Assembly: GCA_030390025.1 (NCBI GenBank)
Contig: JASTWF010000358.1
Coordinates: 310,001 to 374,000, forward strand
Length of the DNA stretch: 64,000 bases
DNA from: Squalus acanthias
Taxonomy: Eukaryota
Direction: 5' to 3'
Positions within the stretch are counted from its first letter, which is position 1, and each line of letters opens with the position of its first letter. Positions 33,601 through 47,000 of the stretch are shown piece by piece. The notes beneath the pieces were generated by a model. The model saw only the letters and a program-made list of their open reading frames with translations, was not told the origin of the DNA and searched no databases. The position numbers and the translations under genes are program-made.

Positions 33601-36600
33601 AGTCCCAGAAAGAGGCAGAGTCCCAGAAAGAGGCAGAGTCCCAGAAAGAGGCAGAGTCCCAGAAAGAGGCAGAGTCCCAGAAAGAGGCAGAGTCCCAGAA
33701 AGAGGCAGAGTCCCAGAAAGAGGCAGAGTCCCAGAAAGAGGCAGAGTCCCAGAAAGAGGCAGAGTCCCAGAAAGAGGCAGAGTCCCAGAAAGAGGCAGAG
33801 TCCCAGAAAGAGGCAGAGTCCCAGAAAGAGGCAGAGTCCCAGAAAGAGGCAGAGTCCCAGAAAGAGGCAGAGTCCCAGAAAGAGGCAGAGTCCCAGAAAG
33901 AGGCAGAGTCCCAGAAAGAGGCAGAGTCCCAGAAAGAGGCAGAGTCCCAGAAAGAGGCAGAGTCCCAGAAAGAGGCAGAGTCCCAGAAAGAGGCAGAGTC
34001 CCAGAAAGAGGCAGAGTCCCAGAAAGAGGCAGAGTCCCAGAAAGAGGCAGAGTCCCAGAAAGAGGCAGAGTCCCAGAAAGAGGCAGAGTCCCAGAAAGAG
34101 GCAGAGTCCCAGAAAGAGGCAGAGTCCCAGAAAGAGGCAGAGTCCCAGAAAGAGGCAGAGTCCCAGAAAGAGGCAGAGTCCCAGAAAGAGGCAGAGTCCC
34201 AGAAAGAGGCAGAGTCCCAGAAAGAGGCAGAGTCCCAGAAAGAGGCAGAGTCCCAGAAAGAGGCAGAGTCCCAGAAAGAGGCAGAGTCCCAGAAAGAGGC
34301 AGAGTCCCAGAAAGAGGCAGAGTCCCAGAAAGAGGCAGAGTCCCAGAAAGAGGCAGAGTCCCAGAAAGAGGCAGAGTCCCAGAAAGAGGCAGAGTCCCAG
34401 AAAGAGGCAGAGTCCCAGAAAGAGGCAGAGTCCCAGAAAGAGGCAGAGTCCCAGAAAGAGGCAGAGTCCCAGAAAGAGGCAGAGTCCCAGAAAGAGGCAG
34501 AGTCCCAGAAAGAGGCAGAGTCCCAGAAAGAGGCAGAGTCCCAGAAAGAGGCAGAGTCCCAGAAAGAGGCAGAGTCCCAGAAAGAGGCAGAGTCCCAGAA
34601 AGAGGCAGAGTCCCAGAAAGAGGCAGAGTCCCAGAAAGAGGCAGAGTCCCAGAAAGAGGCAGAGTCCCAGAAAGAGGCAGAGTCCCAGAAAGAGGCAGAG
34701 TCCCAGAGAGAGGCAGAGTCCCAGAAAGAGGCAGAGTCCCAGAAAGAGGCAGAGTCCCAGAAAGAGGCAGAGTCCCAGAAAGAGGCAGAGTCCCAGAAAG
34801 AGGCAGAGTCCCAGAAAGAGGCAGAGTCCCAGAAAGAGGCAGAGTCCCAGAAAGAGGCAGAGTCCCAGAAAGAGGCAGAGTCCCAGAAAGAGGCAGAGTC
34901 CCAGAAAGAGGCAGAGTCCCAGAAAGAGGCAGAGTCCCAGAAAGAGGCAGAGTCCCAGAAAGAGGCAGAGTCCCAGAAAGAGGCAGAGTCCCAGAAAGAG
35001 GCAGAGTCCCAGAAAGAGGCAGAGTCCCAGAAAGAGGCAGAGTCCCAGAAAGAGGCAGAGTCCCAGAAAGAGGCAGAGTCCCAGAAAGAGGCAGAGTCCC
35101 AGAAAGAGGCAGAGTCCCAGAAAGAGGCAGAGTCCCAGAAAGAGGCAGAGTCCCAGAAAGAGGCAGAGTCCCAGAAAGAGGCAGAGTCCCAGAAAGAGGC
35201 AGAGTCCCAGAAAGAGGCAGAGTCCCAGAAAGAGGCAGAGTCCCAGAAAGAGGCAGAGTCCCAGAAAGAGGCAGAGTCCCAGAAAGAGGCAGAGTCCCAG
35301 AAAGAGGCAGAGTCCCAGAAAGAGGCAGAGTCCCAGAGAGAGGCAGAGTCCCAGAAAGAGGCAGAGTCCCAGAGAGAGGCAGAGTCCCAGAAAGAGGCAG
35401 AGTCCCAGAAAGAGGCAGAGTCCCAGAAAGAGGCAGAGTCCCAGATAGAGGCAGAGTCCCAGAAAGAGGCAGAGTCCCAGAAAGAGGCAGAGTCCCAGAA
35501 AGAGGCAGAGTCCCAGAAAGAGGCAGAGTCCCAGAAAGAGGCAGAGTCCCAGAAAGAGGCAGAGTCCCAGAAAGAGGCAGAGTCCCAGAAAGAGGCAGAG
35601 TCCCAGAAAGAGGCAGAGTCCCAGAAAGAGGCAGAGTCCCAGAAAGAGGCAGAGTCCCAGAAAGAGGCAGAGTCCCAGAAAGAGGCAGAGTCCCAGATAG
35701 AGGCAGAGTCCCAGAAAGAGGCAGAGTCCCAGAAAGAGGCAGAGTCCCAGAAAGAGGCAGAGTCCCAGAAAGAGGCAGAGTCCCAGAAAGAGGCAGAGTC
35801 CCAGAGAGAGCAGAGTCCCAGAAAGAGCCAGAGTCCCAGAAAGAGGCAGAGTCCCAGAAAGAGGCAGAGTCCCAGAAAGAGGCAGAGTCCCAGAAAGAGG
35901 CAGAGTCCCAGAAAGAGGCAGAGTCCCAGAAAGAGGCAGAGTCCCAGAAAGAGGCAGAGTCCCAGAAAGAGGCAGAGTCCCAGAAAGAGGCAGAGTCCCA
36001 GAAAGAGGCAGAGTCCCAGAAAGAGGCAGAGTCCCAGAAAGAGGCAGAGTCCCAGAAAGAGGCAGAGTCCCAGAAAGAGGCAGAGTCCCAGAAAGAGGCA
36101 GAGTCCCAGAAAGAGGCAGAGTCCCAGAAAGAGGCAGAGTCCCAGAAAGAGGCAGAGTCCCAGAAAGAGGCAGAGTCCCAGAAAGAGGCAGAGTCCCAGA
36201 AAGAGGCAGAGTCCCAGAAAGAGGCAGAGTCCCAGAAAGAGGCAGAGTCCCAGAAAGAGGCAGAGTCCCAGAAAGAGGCAGAGTCCCAGAAAGAGGCAGA
36301 GTCCCAGAAAGAGGCAGAGTCCCAGAAAGAGGCAGAGTCCCAGAAAGAGGCAGAGTCCCAGAAAGAGGCAGAGTCCCAGAAAGAGGCAGAGTCCCAGAAA
36401 GAGGCAGAGTCCCAGAAAGAGGCAGAGTCCCAGAAAGAGGCAGAGTCCCAGAAAGAGGCAGAGTCCCAGAAAGAGGCAGAGTCCCAGAAAGAGGCAGAGT
36501 CCCAGAAAGAGGCAGAGTCCCAGAAAGAGGCAGAGTCCCAGAAAGAGGCAGAGTCCCAGAAGAGGCAGAGTCCCAGAAAGAGGCAGAGTCCCAGATAGAG

Positions 36601-39600
36601 GCAGAGTCCCAGAAAGAGGCAGAGTCCCAGAAAGAGGCAGAGTCCCAGAAAGAGGCAGAGTCCCAGAAAGAGGCAGAGTCCCAGAAAGAGGCAGAGTCCC
36701 AGAAAGAGGCAGAGTCCCAGAAAGAGGCAGAGTCCCAGAAAGAGGCAGAGTCCAGAAAGAGGCAGAGTCCCAGAAAGAGGCAGAGTCCCAGAAAGAGGCA
36801 GAGTCCCAGAAAGAGGCAGAGTCCCAGAGAGACAGAGTCCCAGAAAGAGGCAGAGTCCCAGAAAGAGGCAGAGTCCCAGAAAGAGGCAGAGTCCCAGAAA
36901 GAGGCAGAGTCCCAGAAAGAGGCAGAGTCCCAGAAAGAGGCAGAGTCCCAGAAAGAGGCAGAGTCCCAGAAAGAGGCAGAGTCCCAGAAAGAGGCAGAGT
37001 CCCAGAAAGAGGCAGAGTCCCAGAAAGAGGCAGAGTCCCAGAAAGAGGCAGAGTCCCAGAAAGAGGCAGAGTCCCAGAAAGAGGCAGAGTCCCAGAAAGA
37101 GGCAGAGTCCCAGAAAGAGGCAGAGTCCCAGAAAGAGGCAGAGTCCCAGAAAGAGGCAGAGTCCCAGAAAGAGGCAGAGTCCCAGAAAGAGGCAGAGTCC
37201 CAGAAAGAGGCAGAGTCCCAGAAAGAGGCAGAGTCCCAGAAAGAGGCAGAGTCCCAGAAAGAGGCAGAGTCCCAGAAAGAGGCAGAGTCCCAGAAAGAGG
37301 CAGAGTCCCAGAAAGAGGCAGAGTCCCAGAAAGAGGCAGAGTCCCAGAAAGAGGCAGAGTCCCAGAAAGAGGCAGAGTCCCAGAAAGAGGCAGAGTCCCA
37401 GAAAGAGGCAGAGTCCCAGAAAGAGGCAGAGTCCCAGAAAGAGGCAGAGTCCCAGAAAGAGGCAGAGTCCCAGAAAGAGGCAGAGTCCCAGAAAGAGGCA
37501 GAGTCCCAGAAAGAGGCAGAGTCCCAGAAAGAGGCAGAGTCCCAGAAAGAGGCAGAGTCCCAGAAAGAGGCAGAGTCCCAGAAAGAGGCAGAGTCCCAGA
37601 AAGAGGCAGAGTCCCAGAAAGAGGCAGAGTCCCAGAAAGAGGCAGAGTCCCAGAAAGAGGCAGAGTCCCAGAAAGAGGCAGAGTCCCAGAAAGAGGCAGA
37701 GTCCCAGAAAGAGGCAGAGTCCCAGAAAGAGGCAGAGTCCCAGAAAGAGGCAGAGTCCCAGAAAGAGGCAGAGTCCCAGAAAGAGGCAGAGTCCCAGAAA
37801 GAGGCAGAGTCCCAGAAAGAGGCAGAGTCCCAGAAAGAGGCAGAGTCCCAGAAAGAGGCAGAGTCCCAGAAAGAGGCAGAGTCCCAGAAAGAGGCAGAGT
37901 CCCAGAAAGAGGCAGAGTCCCAGAAAGAGGCAGAGTCCCAGAAAGAGGCAGAGTCCCAGAAAGAGGCAGAGTCCCAGAAAGAGGCAGAGTCCCAGAAAGA
38001 GGCAGAGTCCCAGAAAGAGGCAGAGTCCCAGAAAGAGGCAGAGTCCCAGAAAGAGGCAGAGTCCCAGAAAGAGGCAGAGTCCCAGAAAGAGGCAGAGTCC
38101 CAGAAAGAGGCAGAGTCCCAGAAAGAGGCAGAGTCCCAGAAAGAGGCAGAGTCCCAGAAAGAGGCAGAGTCCCAGAAAGAGGCAGAGTCCCAGAAAGAGG
38201 CAGAGTCCCAGAAAGAGGCAGAGTCCCAGAAAGAGGCAGAGTCCCAGAAAGAGGCAGAGTCCCAGAAAGAGGCAGAGTCCCAGAAAGAGGCAGAGTCCCA
38301 GAAAGAGGCAGAGTCCCAGAAAGAGGCAGAGTCCCAGAAAGAGGCAGAGTCCCAGAAAGAGGCAGAGTCCCAGAAAGAGGCAGAGTCCCAGAAAGAGGCA
38401 GAGTCCCAGAAAGAGGCAGAGTCCCAGAAAGAGGCAGAGTCCCAGAAAGAGGCAGAGTCCCAGAAAGAGGCAGAGTCCCAGAAAGAGGCAGAGTCCCAGA
38501 AAGAGGCAGAGTCCCAGAAAGAGGCAGAGTCCCAGAAAGAGGCAGAGTCCCAGAAAGAGGCAGAGTCCCAGAAAGAGGCAGAGTCCCAGAAAGAGGCAGA
38601 GTCCCAGAAAGAGGCAGAGTCCCAGAAAGAGGCAGAGTCCCAGAAAGAGGCAGAGTCCCAGAAAGAGGCAGAGTCCCAGAAAGAGGCAGAGTCCCAGAAA
38701 GAGGCAGAGTCCCAGAAAGAGGCAGAGTCCCAGAAAGAGGCAGAGTCCCAGAAAGAGGCAGAGTCCCAGAAAGAGGCAGAGTCCCAGAAAGAGGCAGAGT
38801 CCCAGAAAGAGGCAGAGTCCCAGAAAGAGGCAGAGTCCCAGAAAGAGGCAGAGTCCCAGAAAGAGGCAGAGTCCCAGAAAGAGGCAGAGTCCCAGAAAGA
38901 GGCAGAGTCCCAGAAAGAGGCAGAGTCCCAGAAAGAGGCAGAGTCCCAGAAAGAGGCAGAGTCCCAGAAGACATAATCCCAGATAGAGGCCGAGTCCCAG
39001 AAAGAGGCAGAGTCCCAGAAAGAGGCAGAGTCCCAGAAAGAGGCAGAGTCCCAGAAAGAGGCAGAGTCCCAGAAAGAGGCAGAGTCCCAGAAAGAGGCAG
39101 AGTCCCAGAAAGAGGCAGAGTCCCAGAGAGACAGAGTCCCAGAAAGAGGCAGAGTCCCAGAAAGAGGCAGAGTCCCAGAAAGAGGCAGAGTCCCAGAAAG
39201 AGGCAGAGTCCCAGAAAGAGGCAGAGTCCCAGAAAGAGGCAGAGTCCCAGAAAGAGGCAGAGTCCCAGAAAGAGGCAGAGTCCCAGAAAGAGGCAGAGTC
39301 CCAGAAAGAGGCAGAGTCCCAGAAAGAGGCAGAGTCCCAGAAAGAGGCAGAGTCCCAGAAAGAGGCAGAGTCCCAGAAAGAGGCAGAGTCCCAGAAAGAG
39401 GCAGAGTCCCAGAAAGAGGCAGAGTCCCAGAAAGAGGCAGAGTCCCAGAAAGAGGCAGAGTCCCAGAAAGAGGCAGAGTCCCAGAAAGAGGCTTGAGTCC
39501 CAGAAAGAGGCAGAGTCCCAGAAAGAGGCAGAGTCCCAGAAAGAGGCAGAGTCCCAGAAAGAGGCAGAGTCCCAGAAAGAGTCAGAGTCCAGAAAGAGCA

Positions 39601-41069
39601 GAGTCCCCAGAAAGAGGGCAGAGTCCCAGAAGAGGGCAGAGTCCCAGAAAGAGGCAGAGTGCCCCCAGATAGAGGCAGAGTCCCAGAAAGAGGCAGAGTC
39701 CCAGAAAGAGGCAGAGTCCCAGAAAGAGGCAGAGTCCCAGAAAGAGGCAGAGTCCCAGAAAGAGGCAGAGTCCCAGAAGAGGCAGAGTCCCAGAAAGAGG
39801 CAGAGTCCCAGAGAGAGGGCAGAGTCCAGAAGAGGCAGAGTCCAGAAAGAGGCAGAGTCCAGAAAGAGGCAGAGTCCCAGAAAGAGGCAGAGTCCCAGAA
39901 AGAGGCAGAGTCCCAGAAAGAGGCAGAGTCCCAAGAAAGAGGCAGAGTCCCAGAAAGAGGCAGAGTCCCAGAAAGAGTCAGAGTCCCAGAAAGAGGCAGA
40001 GTCCCAGAAAGAGGCAGAGTCCCAGAAAGAGGCAGAGTCCCAGAAAGAGGCAGAGTCCCAGAAAGAGGCAGAGTCCCAGAAAGAGGCAGAGTCCCAGAAA
40101 GAGGCAGAGTCCCAGAAAGAGGCAGAGTCCCAGAAAGAGGCAGAGTCCCAGAAAGAGGCAGAGTCCCAGAAAGAGGCAGAGTCCCAGAAAGAGGCAGAGT
40201 CCCAGAAAGAGGCAGAGTCCCAGAAAGAGGCAGAGTCCCAGAAAGAGGCAGAGTCCCAGAAAGAGGCAGAGTCCCAGAAAGAGGCAGAGTCCCAGAAAGA
40301 GGCAGAGTCCCAGAAAGAGGCAGAGTCCCAGAAAGAGGCAGAGTCCCAGAAAGAGGCAGAGTCCCAGAAAGAGGCAGAGTCCCAGAAAGAGGCAGAGTCC
40401 CAGAAAGAGGCAGAGTCCCAGAAAGAGGCAGAGTCCCAGAAAGAGGCAGAGTCCCAGAAAGAGGCAGAGTCCCAGAAAGAGGCAGAGTCCCAGAAAGAGG
40501 CAGAGTCCCAGAAAGAGGCAGAGTCCCAGAAAGAGGCAGAGTCCCAGAAAGAGGCAGAGTCCCAGAAAGAGGCAGAGTCCCAGAAAGAGGCAGAGTCCCA
40601 GAAAGAGGCAGAGTCCCAGAAAGAGGCAGAGTCCCAGAAAGAGGCAGAGTCCCAGAAAGAGGCAGAGTCCCAGAAAGAGGCAGAGTCCCAGAAAGAGGCA
40701 GAGTCCCAGAAAGAGGCAGAGTCCCAGAAAGAGGCAGAGTCCCAGAAAGAGGCAGAGTCCCAGAAAGAGGCAGAGTCCCAGAAAGAGGCAGAGTCCCAGA
40801 AAGAGGCAGAGTCCCAGAAAGAGGCAGAGTCCCAGAAAGAGGCAGAGTCCCAGAAAGAGGCAGAGTCCCAGAAAGAGGCAGAGTCCCAGAAAGAGGCAGA
40901 GTCCCAGAAAGAGGCAGAGTCCCAGAAAGAGGCAGAGTCCCAGAAAGAGGCAGAGTCCCAGAAAGAGGCAGAGTCCCAGAAAGAGGCAGAGTCCCAGAAA
41001 GAGGCAGAGTCCCAGAAAGAGGCAGAGTCCCAGAAAGAGGCAGAGTCCCAGAAAGAGGCAGAGTCCCAG
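30621..41069 (+). repeat. Second near-perfect 18-mer array (about 580 copies)
   Basis: Direct reading; variant and indel patches near 35330-35830, 36560-36840, 38965-39130 and 39490-39980. Confidence 0.95.
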
Positions 41070-44000
41070 AGAGACAGTGTCCCAGAGTGAGGCAGAGTCC
41101 AGAGAGATAGAGTCTCAGAGAGGACAGTGTCCCAGAGAGACAGTGTTCCATAAAGAGGCAGAGTCCCAGAGACACAGAGTCCCAGAGAGAGAGAGAGATA
41201 GTCCCAGATAAACAGAGTGCCAGAGAGTGAGAATGTCCCAGAGAGACAGATTCACACAGTGACGGAGTCCCAGAGAGAGGCAGACTCCCAGAAAGACAGA
41301 GTACCATAAACTGGCAGAGTCCCAGAGAGACAGTGACCCAGAAAGAGGCAGAATCCCAGAGAGACAGAGTTCCAGAGCGAGGCAGTATCCCAGAGAGACA
41401 GAGTCCCAGAGAGAGAGAGAGTCCCAGAGAGAAACAGTCCCAGACAGAGAGAGAGAGTCCCAGAGAGACAGAGTCCCAGAGGGGGGCAGATTCCCAGAGA
41501 TACAGAGTCCCAGAGATAGGCAGAGTCCCATAGAGACAGAGTCACAGAGAGAAGCAGAGTCCCAGAGAGACAGAGTCCCAGAGAGAAGCAGAGTCTCAGA
41601 GGGACAGAGTCCCAGAGAAATGCAGACTCCCAGAGAGACAGTGTCCCAGAGTGAGGCAGAGTCCCAGAGAGATAGAGTCTCAGAGAGGACCAGTGTCCCA
41701 GAGAGACAGTGTTCCATAAAGAGGCAGAGTCCCAGAGACACAGAGTCCCAGAGAGAGAGAGAGATAGTCCCAGATAAACAGAGTGCCAGAGAGTGAGAAT
41801 GTCCCAGAGAGACAGATTCACACAGTGACGGAGTCCCAGAGAGAGGCAGACTCCCAGAAAGACAGAGTACCATAAACTGGCAGAGTCCCAGAGAGACAGT
41901 GTCCCACGGAGAGGCAGAGGCCCGGAGAGACAGAGTCCAAGATAAAGGCAGAGGCCCAGAGATAGAGAGTCACAGAGAGAGAGAGTCCCAGAAAGAGAGA
42001 GTCCCTGAGAGACAGAGTCCCAGAAAGGCAGAGTCCCAGAAAGAGGCAGAGTCCCAGAATGACAAAGTCCCAGAAAGAGGCAGAGTCCCAGAAAGAGGCA
42101 GAGTCCCAGAAAGAGGCAGAGTCCCAGAAAGAGGCAGAGTCCCAGAAAGAGGCAGAGTCCCAGAAAGAGGCAGAGTCCCAGAAAGAGGCAGAGTCCCAGA
42201 AAGAGGCAGAGTCCCAGAAAGAGGCAGAGTCCCAGAAAGAGGCAGAGTCCCAGAAAGAGGCAGAGTCCCAGAAAGAGGCAGAGTCCCAGAAAGAGGCAGA
42301 GTCCCAGAAAGAGGCAGAGTCCCAGAAAGAGGCAGAGTCCCAGAAAGAGGCAGAGTCCCAGAAAGAGGCAGAGTCCCAGAAAGAGGCAGAGTCCCAGAAA
42401 GAGGCAGAGTCCCAGAAAGAGGCAGAGTCCCAGAAAGAGGCAGAGTCCCAGAAAGAGGCAGAGTCCCAGAAAGAGGCAGAGTCCCAGAAAGAGGCAGAGT
42501 CCCAGAAAGAGGCAGAGTCCCAGAAAGAGGCAGAGTCCCAGAAAGAGGCAGAGTCCCAGAAAGAGGCAGAGTCCCAGAAAGAGGCAGAGTCCCAGAGAGA
42601 CAGTCCCATACAGATCCTGAGTCCCAGAGAGACAGAGTCCCATACAGAGGCAGAGTCCCAGAGAGACAGAGTCCCAGAGAGAGGCAGATGCCCAGAAAGA
42701 GAGAGAGAGAGTCCCATAGAGAGAGAGTCCCATTTGGAGGCGGAGGCCCAGATAGACAGAGTCCCAGAGAGAGGCAGAGTACCAGAGAAAGGCAGAGTCC
42801 CAGAGGGACAGAGTACCAGAGAGAGACAGAGTCCCAGAGGGACAGAGCCCCAGAGAGAGGCAGTTTCCCAGAGAGACAGAGTCCCAGAGAGAGGCAGACT
42901 CACAGAGAGACAGAGTCCCAGAAACAGGCAGAGTCCGAGAGTCAGAGTCCCAGGTAGAGGCAGAGTCACACAGAGACAGTGTCCCACCGAGAGGCAGAGG
43001 TCGCGAGAGACAGAGTCCCAGAGAGAGGCCGAGTCCCAGAGATAGAGTCCCAGAGAGAGAGAGAGTCCCAGAGAGCCAGGGCCAAAGAGAGCGAGAGAGT
43101 CCCAGAGAGACAGAGTCCCATAGAGAGGCAGAGTCCCAGAGAGGCAGAGTCCCATAGAGACAGAGTCACAGAGAGAAGCAGAGTCCCAGAGAGACAAAGT
43201 CCCAGAGAGACAGAGTCCCAGAGAAACAGAGTCCCATATAGAGGCAGACTGCCAGAGAGACAGAGACCCAGAAACAGGCAGAGTCCCAGAGAGACAGAGT
43301 GCCAGATAGAGGCAGAGTCACAGAGAGACAGTGTCCCACGGAGAGACCGAGGCCAAGAGATACAGAGTCCCAGAGAGAGGCAGAGTCACAGAGATTCAGT
43401 GACCCACGAAGAGGCCGAGGCCCAGAGAGACAGAGTCCCAGAGAGCGAGACAGTCCCAGAGAGACAGAGACCCAGATAAACCCAGAGTCCCAGAGAGAAC
43501 GAGACCAAGAGACAGGCAGAGTCACAGAGAGACAGTGAACCAGAAAGAGGCAGAATCCCAGAGAGACAGAGTTCCAGAGAGAGGCAGTAGCCCAGAGAGA
43601 CAGAGTCCCAGAGAGAGAGAGAGTCCCAGAGAGACACAGTCCATGACAGAGAGAGAGAGTCCAAGAGAGACAGAGTCCCAGAGAGAAGCATAGTCTCAGA
43701 GAGACAGAGTCCCAGAGAAATGCAGACTCCCAGAGAGACAGAGTCCCAGAGTGAGGCAGAGTCCCAGAGAGACAGGGTCCCAGAGAGAGGCAGAGTCCCA
43801 GAAAGATAGAGTCTCAGAGAGGAGCAGTGTCCCAGAGAGACAGTGTTCCATAAAGAGGCAGAGTCCAAGAGACACAGAGTCCCAGAGAGAGAGAGAGATA
43901 GTCCCAGATAAACAGAGTGCCAGAGATTGAGAGAGTCCCAGAGAGACAGCTTCACACAGTGACGGAGTCCCAGAGAGAGGCAGACTCCCAGAAAGACAGA

Positions 44001-47000
44001 GTACCATAAACAGGCAGAGTCCCAGAGAGACAGTGTCCCACGGAGTGGCAGAGGCCCGGAGAGACAGAGTCCAAGAGAAAGGCAGAGTCCCAGAGATAGA
44101 GAGTCCCAGAGAGAGAGAGTCCCAGAGAGACAGAGTCCCAGAGAGCGAGAGAGTCCCAGAAACACAGAGTCCCATAGAGAGGCAGAGTCCCAGAGAGACA
44201 GAGTCTCAGAGAGACAGAGTCCCAGAGAGATAGAGGCTCAGAGAGGAGCAGTGTCCCAGAGAGAAACTGTTCCATAAAGAGGCAGGGTCCCAGAGAGACA
44301 GAGTCCCAGAGAGAGGCAGACTCACAGAGAGACAGAGTCCCATAGAGAGGCAGAGTCCCAGAGAGGCAGAGTCCCAGAGAGACAGAGTCCCAGATAGAGC
44401 CAGAGTCCCAGAAAGAGGCAGAGTCCCAGAGAGACAGAGTCCCAGAGGGGGGCAGATTCCCAGAGAGACAGAGTCCCAGAGAGACAGAGTCCCAGAAACA
44501 GGCAGAGTCCCAGGGAGACAGAGTCCCAGATAGAGGCAGAGTCACAGAGAGACAGTGTCCCACCGAGAGGCGGAGGTCGCGAGAGACAGAGTTCCAGAGA
44601 GAGGCAGTAGCCAGAGAGACAGAGTGCCAGATAGAGGCAGAGTCACAGAGAGACAGTGTCCCACGGAGAGGCCGAGGCCCAGAGAGACAGAGTCCCACAG
44701 AGAGGCAGAGTCACAGAGATTCAGTGACCCACAGAGAGGCCGAGGCCCAGAGAGACAGAGTCCCAGAGAGCGAGACAGTCCCAGAGAGACAGAGTCCCAG
44801 ATATACCCAGAGTCCCAGAGAGAATGAGACCAAGAGACAGGCAGAGTCACAGAGAGACAGTGACCCAGAAAGAGGCAGAATCCCAGAGAGACAGAGTTCC
44901 AGAGCGAGGCAGTATCCCAGAGAGACAGAGTCCCAGAGAGAGAGAGAGTCCCAGAGAGAAACAGTCCCAGACAGAGAGAGAGAGTCCCAGAGAGACAGAG
45001 TCCCAGAGGGGGGCAGATTCCCAGAGATACAGAGTCCCAGAGATAGGCAGAGTCCCATAGAGACAGAGTCACAGAGAGAAGCAGAGTCCCAGAGAGACAG
45101 AGTCCCAGAGAGAAGCAGAGTCTCAGAGGGACAGATTCCCAGAGAAATGCAGACTCCCAGAGAGACAGTGTCCCAGAGTGAGGCAGAGTCCCAGAGAGAT
45201 AGAGTCTCAGAGAGGACCAGTGTCCCAGAGAGACAGTGTTCCATAAAGAGGCAGAGTCCCAGAGACACAGAGTCCCAGAGAGAGAGAGAGATAGTCCCAG
45301 ATAAACAGAGTGCCAGAGAGTGAGATGTCCCAGAGAGACAGATTCACACAGTGACGGAGTCCCAGAGAGAGGCAGACTCCCAGAAAGACAGAGTACCATA
45401 AACTGGCAGAGTCCCAGAGAGACAGTGTCCCACGGAGAGGCAGAGGCCCGGAGAGACAGAGTCCAAGATAAAGGCAGAGGCCCAGAGATAGAGAGTCACA
45501 GAGAGAGAGAGTCCCAGAAAGAGAGAGTCCCAGAGAGACAGAGTCCCAGAGAGCGAGAGAGTCCCAGAGACACAGAGTCCCATAGAGAGGCAGAGTCCCA
45601 GAAAGAGGCAGAGTCCCAGAAAGAGGCAGAGTCCCAGAAAGAGGCAGAGTCCCAGAAAGAGGCAGAGTCCCAGAAAGAGGCAGAGTCCCAGAAAGAGGCA
45701 GAGTCCCAGAAAGAGGCAGAGTCCCAGAAAGAGGCAGAGTCCCAGAAAGAGGCAGAGTCCCAGAAAGAGGCAGAGTCCCAGAAAGAGGCAGAGTCCCAGA
45801 AAGAGGCAGAGTCCCAGAAAGAGGCAGAGTCCCAGAAAGAGGCAGAGTCCCAGAAAGAGGCAGAGTCCCAGAAAGAGGCAGAGTCCCAGAAAGAGGCAGA
45901 GTCCCAGAAAGAGGCAGAGTCCCAGAAAGAGGCAGAGTCCCAGAAAGAGGCAGAGTCCCAGAAAGAGGCAGAGTCCCAGAAAGAGGCAGAGTCCCAGAAA
46001 GAGGCAGAGTCCCAGAAAGAGGCAGAGTCCCAGAAAGAGGCAGAGTCCCAGAAAGAGGCAGAGTCCCAGAAAGAGGCAGAGTCCCAGAAAGAGGCAGAGT
46101 CCCAGAGAGAAGCATAGTCTCAGAGAGACAGAGTCCCAGAGAAATGCAGACTCCCAGAGAGACAGAGTCCCAGACTGAGGCAGAGTCCCAGAGAGACAGG
46201 GTCCCAGAGAGAGGCAGAGTCCCAGAAAGATAGAGTCTCAGAGAGGAGCAGTGTCCCAGAGAGACAGTGTTCCATAAAGAGGCAGAGTCCAAGAGACACA
46301 GAGTCCCAGAGAGAGAGAGAGATAGTCCCAGATAAACAGAGTGCCAGAGATTGAGAGAGTCCCAGAGAGACAGCTTCACACAGTGACGGAGTCCCAGAGA
46401 GAGGCAGACTCCCAGAAAGACAGAGTACCATAAACAGGCAGAGTCCCAGAGAGACAGTGTCCCACGGAGTGGCAGAGGCCCGGAGAGACAGAGTCCAAGA
46501 GAAAGGCAGAGTCCCAGAGATAGAGAGTCCCAGAGAGAGAGAGTCCCAGAGAGACAGAGTCCCAGAGAGCGAGAGAGTCCCAGAAACACAGAGTCCCATA
46601 GAGAGGCAGAGTCCCAGAAAGAGGCAGAGTCCCAGAAAGAGGCAGAGTCCCAGAAAGAGGCAGAGTCCCAGAAAGAGGCAGAGTCCCAGAAAGAGGCAGA
46701 GTCCCAGAAAGAGGCAGAGTCCCAGAAAGAGGCAGAGTCCCAGAAAGAGGCAGAGTCCCAGAAAGAGGCAGAGTCCCAGAAAGAGGCAGAGTCCCAGAAA
46801 GAGGCAGAGTCCCAGAAAGAGGCAGAGTCCCAGAAAGAGGCAGAGTCCCAGAAAGAGGCAGAGTCCCAGAAAGAGGCAGAGTCCCAGAAAGAGGCAGAGT
46901 CCCAGAAAGAGGCAGAGTCCCAGAAAGAGGCAGAGTCCCAGAAGAGGCAGAGTCCCAGAAAGAGGCAGAGTCCCAGAAAGAGGCAGAGTCCCAGAAAGAG

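Noticed and set aside
17585..41307. Giant 7449-aa and 7896-aa ORFs and the many [18 protein letters not shown] ORFs
   Set aside because: The 18-bp unit is a multiple of 3 with no stop in any frame, and the translation switches phase at indels. These are satellite artefacts.
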